A stretch of DNA of 64,000 nt from the human T2T-CHM13v2.0 reference genome, Homo sapiens, in assembly GCF_009914755.1 (NCBI RefSeq), contig NC_060928.1; one strand, 5' to 3'. Positions 60,711 to 64,000 of the stretch are shown one piece after another. A program made the translations under genes and the position numbers. How positions within the stretch are numbered: position 1 is the stretch's first letter; the number at the start of each line of letters is the position of its first letter. The notes beneath the pieces were generated by a model. It searched no databases, was not told where the DNA came from, and saw only the letters and a list, made by a program, of their open reading frames with translations.

Positions 60711-63700
60711 CATCTCTAGGTATTACATGATATAATAATTTGTGATATTTTGATTAACAAAACTTTATTCCAAAAAATTTGATTTGTGAAAGCAAATTAT
60801 TTTGGTTTAATTTTTTCATATTTTAATATTAATATTAATATATTTAACATTTTAATAATATTAATATATTTAATATTTTAATAAATCTAGTTTATCATTT
60901 GATAATTGTATTTCAATTCAACATTTTGTTCTTTGAAGACACACACACACTTTTTTCCTTTTTCTTTTTTGGAGTGGATTTAAATTAGATACTACAGTTG
61001 TATCAATGAACTTCAGGACTTGAGGATGCAAGGGTATTTGGGAAATATTCCTTAGAGTTTTAAGAACATGGCAAACTAATTACCTCTGTCACCAAGTAAT
61101 ACAATAAAAAACAAATGAAAATAAAATAGGCATACAAACAACTATCCCTTATTCATATTTAAGTTCTCGAAATCATGGTTTAATGCTGATTTTTCTTTCT
61201 TCAGATTTCAACTCCAGCGCGTTTTTTGCTGATTGTTATTTTTCTCCTAACAGTCAGCATTGTCCTGATGCTCTACAAACTCCAGTGAAGAAAGTGCATT
61301 CTACTAATAACAAGAAGGACTTAGGACACTGCACTTTTGTTTTGTTTTGCTTTTATGGAAAACAAACAAACAAACAAACAAATAAATCTACTTTCCCTAA
61401 CGCAGGCTTATTTGAGGCCATCTGGCTCCATTCCAGTCTCAAGAGGAGTTACATGTGCAGCATAATACTTTGTGATCATTTACAATTTGGGCCTTAAAAG
61501 ACTTTTTTCTCTATTTGAATTGTTTCTCTTGCCTGATTCACTGATTCTCTTTCTTAAATGTTAATTAGCATTAACCCTCAAAGATATTTATTAACCATGT
61601 CAGCAGTTATCCAGTGGATTTTATAAAATGATCTCAAACTGCAATTTGAGGTTAGTTCCAAAGAGGTCAGACTGTTTCCTTCTGATTACTTAAGATTTCT
61701 ATTTGATGAGGCAGTTTAAGACAAAAATATATAATAACTTTGCAAATGATCAAAATATTCTTCTAACATTTGATTAAATAATACTCAATCTAATATATTA
61801 AAGCCCTTCTTTTTTATTTCCTCTTTCCTCCTAGCCTCTGGTCAACTCTTTTCCAGATTCTGTGAGCACTACAGTGTAACATTCTTTTTCTTCTCTAAGA
61901 CTTAAGCCAGCAGTAATGGACTTTAAGCTGATCACCCGTCTAACCTTAAATTGTTTCTCTTTAATTCAGGATTTTCTCAAATCATTGCTGACCTACTACT
62001 TGAAAACCACAAATCCTCAACTAATTCCCGACACAGCAGATTATTGGGAAACTTCATCTGTTGTACCAAAGCAAAATTGTATCACTTGGAAAATTGAAAC
62101 ATTCAGACCGCTTTTGCCACCTCTCTTAACTGAAAGATTTTCTGTTCTTATCTGTTTGTTATTTTACACATGGTTATTCTAATGGTATTATTTTTTAATC
62201 CAGAATAAACATGTAGGGACAATGTATTATCCATAAATTCAAAATAACCATGACAAGCTCTTTATTAAGGAAAAATAAAAACTTCAAAGGATGACTAAGG
62301 ATAATACATCTAGAGTATGTTCCATTTAAATGGATTTTAAAAACTAACAATAAAAATGAGTTTTAAAACATATTTTATCTGCATTTTTTCTTTTACACCA
62401 CATTTTCATTTCCATTTACAGTGGAATAATTATTTTACAGAACTCGAGTTGTCTTTCCAGCTGAGGAAAGAACCACAGACCCCTTACATAGTAGAGCAAG
62501 CAGCATTAGCAGTAGCATTCTCTGGTGATGCATGTAGGAAGATAATGGTTAAATGATTCATTGCAATATATGAATAGTTTGGATTTATTTTACCCCAAAA
62601 AGACATTTCTCCAACACCTTCATATATTATCTCATTGGGATCAATAGTGAATTCTTGATTTTCAGTGATCATTGCTGAAAAATGTATATCTCATCTAATT
62701 CTGTGTTGAGTCAGCTAAAGATATGTTTAGGATGTTTGGAAACCATATAGTATTCTGGGAAGTGTGATTTTGTTTTCCTTCATAAACCAGAAGATAAAAG
62801 TCTGAAAATAAGAGATAAAAAATAAACTCTAAAACAGCATAAGTGTACACACCTGTAATACTGTAATCTCTAATCCATAAACTCTTCAGCTCCTGCTGAG
62901 ACTGTCAGGAAGGGTTTGTTTTGATCTGAACAGAGTGAAGAACATTCGGCTGAACAAGCTCTATTCACTCAAAAACATTCTTTAACAAAACATTCTCTAC
63001 GTGCCTAACTTATCAATGATGTATGTTGTTATAATAACGATGTATAAATTATGTCTTTTATTCATCACATTTCTCAGTGTCACATTAACTCTGTCATTAC
63101 TGTCAATCTTACATTAGTCTCATGCAGTTCTTTACTAAGTAATTTAAAATTCAAATATAATGAAATCTCCCTTGATACGTATTCCAATAAGTAGGGAAAG
63201 CAAAATGAGCCCTCTGGGATAATAAAAGTGTTTCAATATGGTTAATCTCAGATTTAATAATCCTAGGCTATGTTACCATTTTATTTAAATAAAATTTTAT
63301 CAGGTACCTATTTCTAATAACTAAAGTAAACTGATATAAAAATTAATGTGTAGGTTAAACAAAGTGCCAGTAAGTAAAGGAAAATATAAAGCTCCCTGAG
63401 ATCAGAGACCAGAGCTTCACACGTCTGAGATTCTCCCTTAATTCATCTAATGATGTTACCGGCAGAGTGGAAGACTCAAAAGTTGACAGTTTTCTGACAG
63501 GCAAGGATACATTATTCTATGTTCTTTACAAAAAGTCATTTCCTCAACTCTTTGAATATTTTCTGTGAGATTTGTTTAATGCTTTTAAAAGAAAATTTTA
63601 CATATTTGAGAATGTATTCAGTTTTTTTTCTGTGAAGTTATGCTTAGCGGTCAGAATTTTATACATTCTTTTGAATTTATGATTTTTAAATCTTTTTAGT

Positions 63701-63711
63701 TGTTCTTTTAA

Positions 63712-63947
63712 TTTAATTTTTTTTTGAGATGGAGTCTTGCTGTGTTGCCCAGGCTGCAGTCAGTGGCACGATCTCAGCTCACTGCAACCTCAGCCTCCTG
63801 GGTTCAAGTGATTCTCCTGCCTCAGCCTCCTGAGTAGCTGGGACTATAGGGATGTACCACCACACCTGGCTAATTTTTTGTATTTTTAGTAGAGATATTG
63901 GCCAGACTGGTCTCAAACTCCTGACCTCGTGATCTGCCTGCCTCAGC
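63712..63947 (-). mobile_element. Alu, AluS-like, 5'-truncated, small internal deletion
   Basis: Antisense Alu from T-tail to 'gatctgcctgcctcagc'. Confidence 0.94.
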
Positions 63948-64000
63948 ATTTTTCAAACTGGTGTTTCCCATTTAAATTAAAAGTCTCAGGAGTGCTCACT

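Overview
This is primate (very likely human) AT-rich non-coding DNA, either a large intron or an intergenic region. I found no credible host protein-coding gene, RNA gene or CRISPR array, and nearly all ORFs in the track are L1, Alu or LTR fragments or chance ORFs. Content: a 5'-intact but internally deleted L1PB (minus strand, ~1.1-8.2 kb) carrying a nested MER52 LTR; two 5'-inverted (twin-primed) L1PA insertions with clear TSDs (12.06-16.2 kb, 22.9-24.7 kb); about 17 Alu elements or fragments; MaLR/ERV solo LTRs; MER20; many L2, MIR and L1M remnants; microsatellites. I cannot support a new biological system. The best leads are structural: (1) an uninterrupted 598-aa ORF encoding the L1 endonuclease without RT, created by the inversion; (2) an L1PB missing ORF1 and, in frame, the RT catalytic motif; (3) a fused tail-to-tail inverted AluY pair; (4) two neighbouring L1 3' ends sharing one deletion junction; (5) a tailless Alu; (6) several local duplications and perfect hairpins. 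Subfamily names come from recalled consensus features and need Dfam/RepeatMasker confirmation. Boundaries of old elements are approximate.
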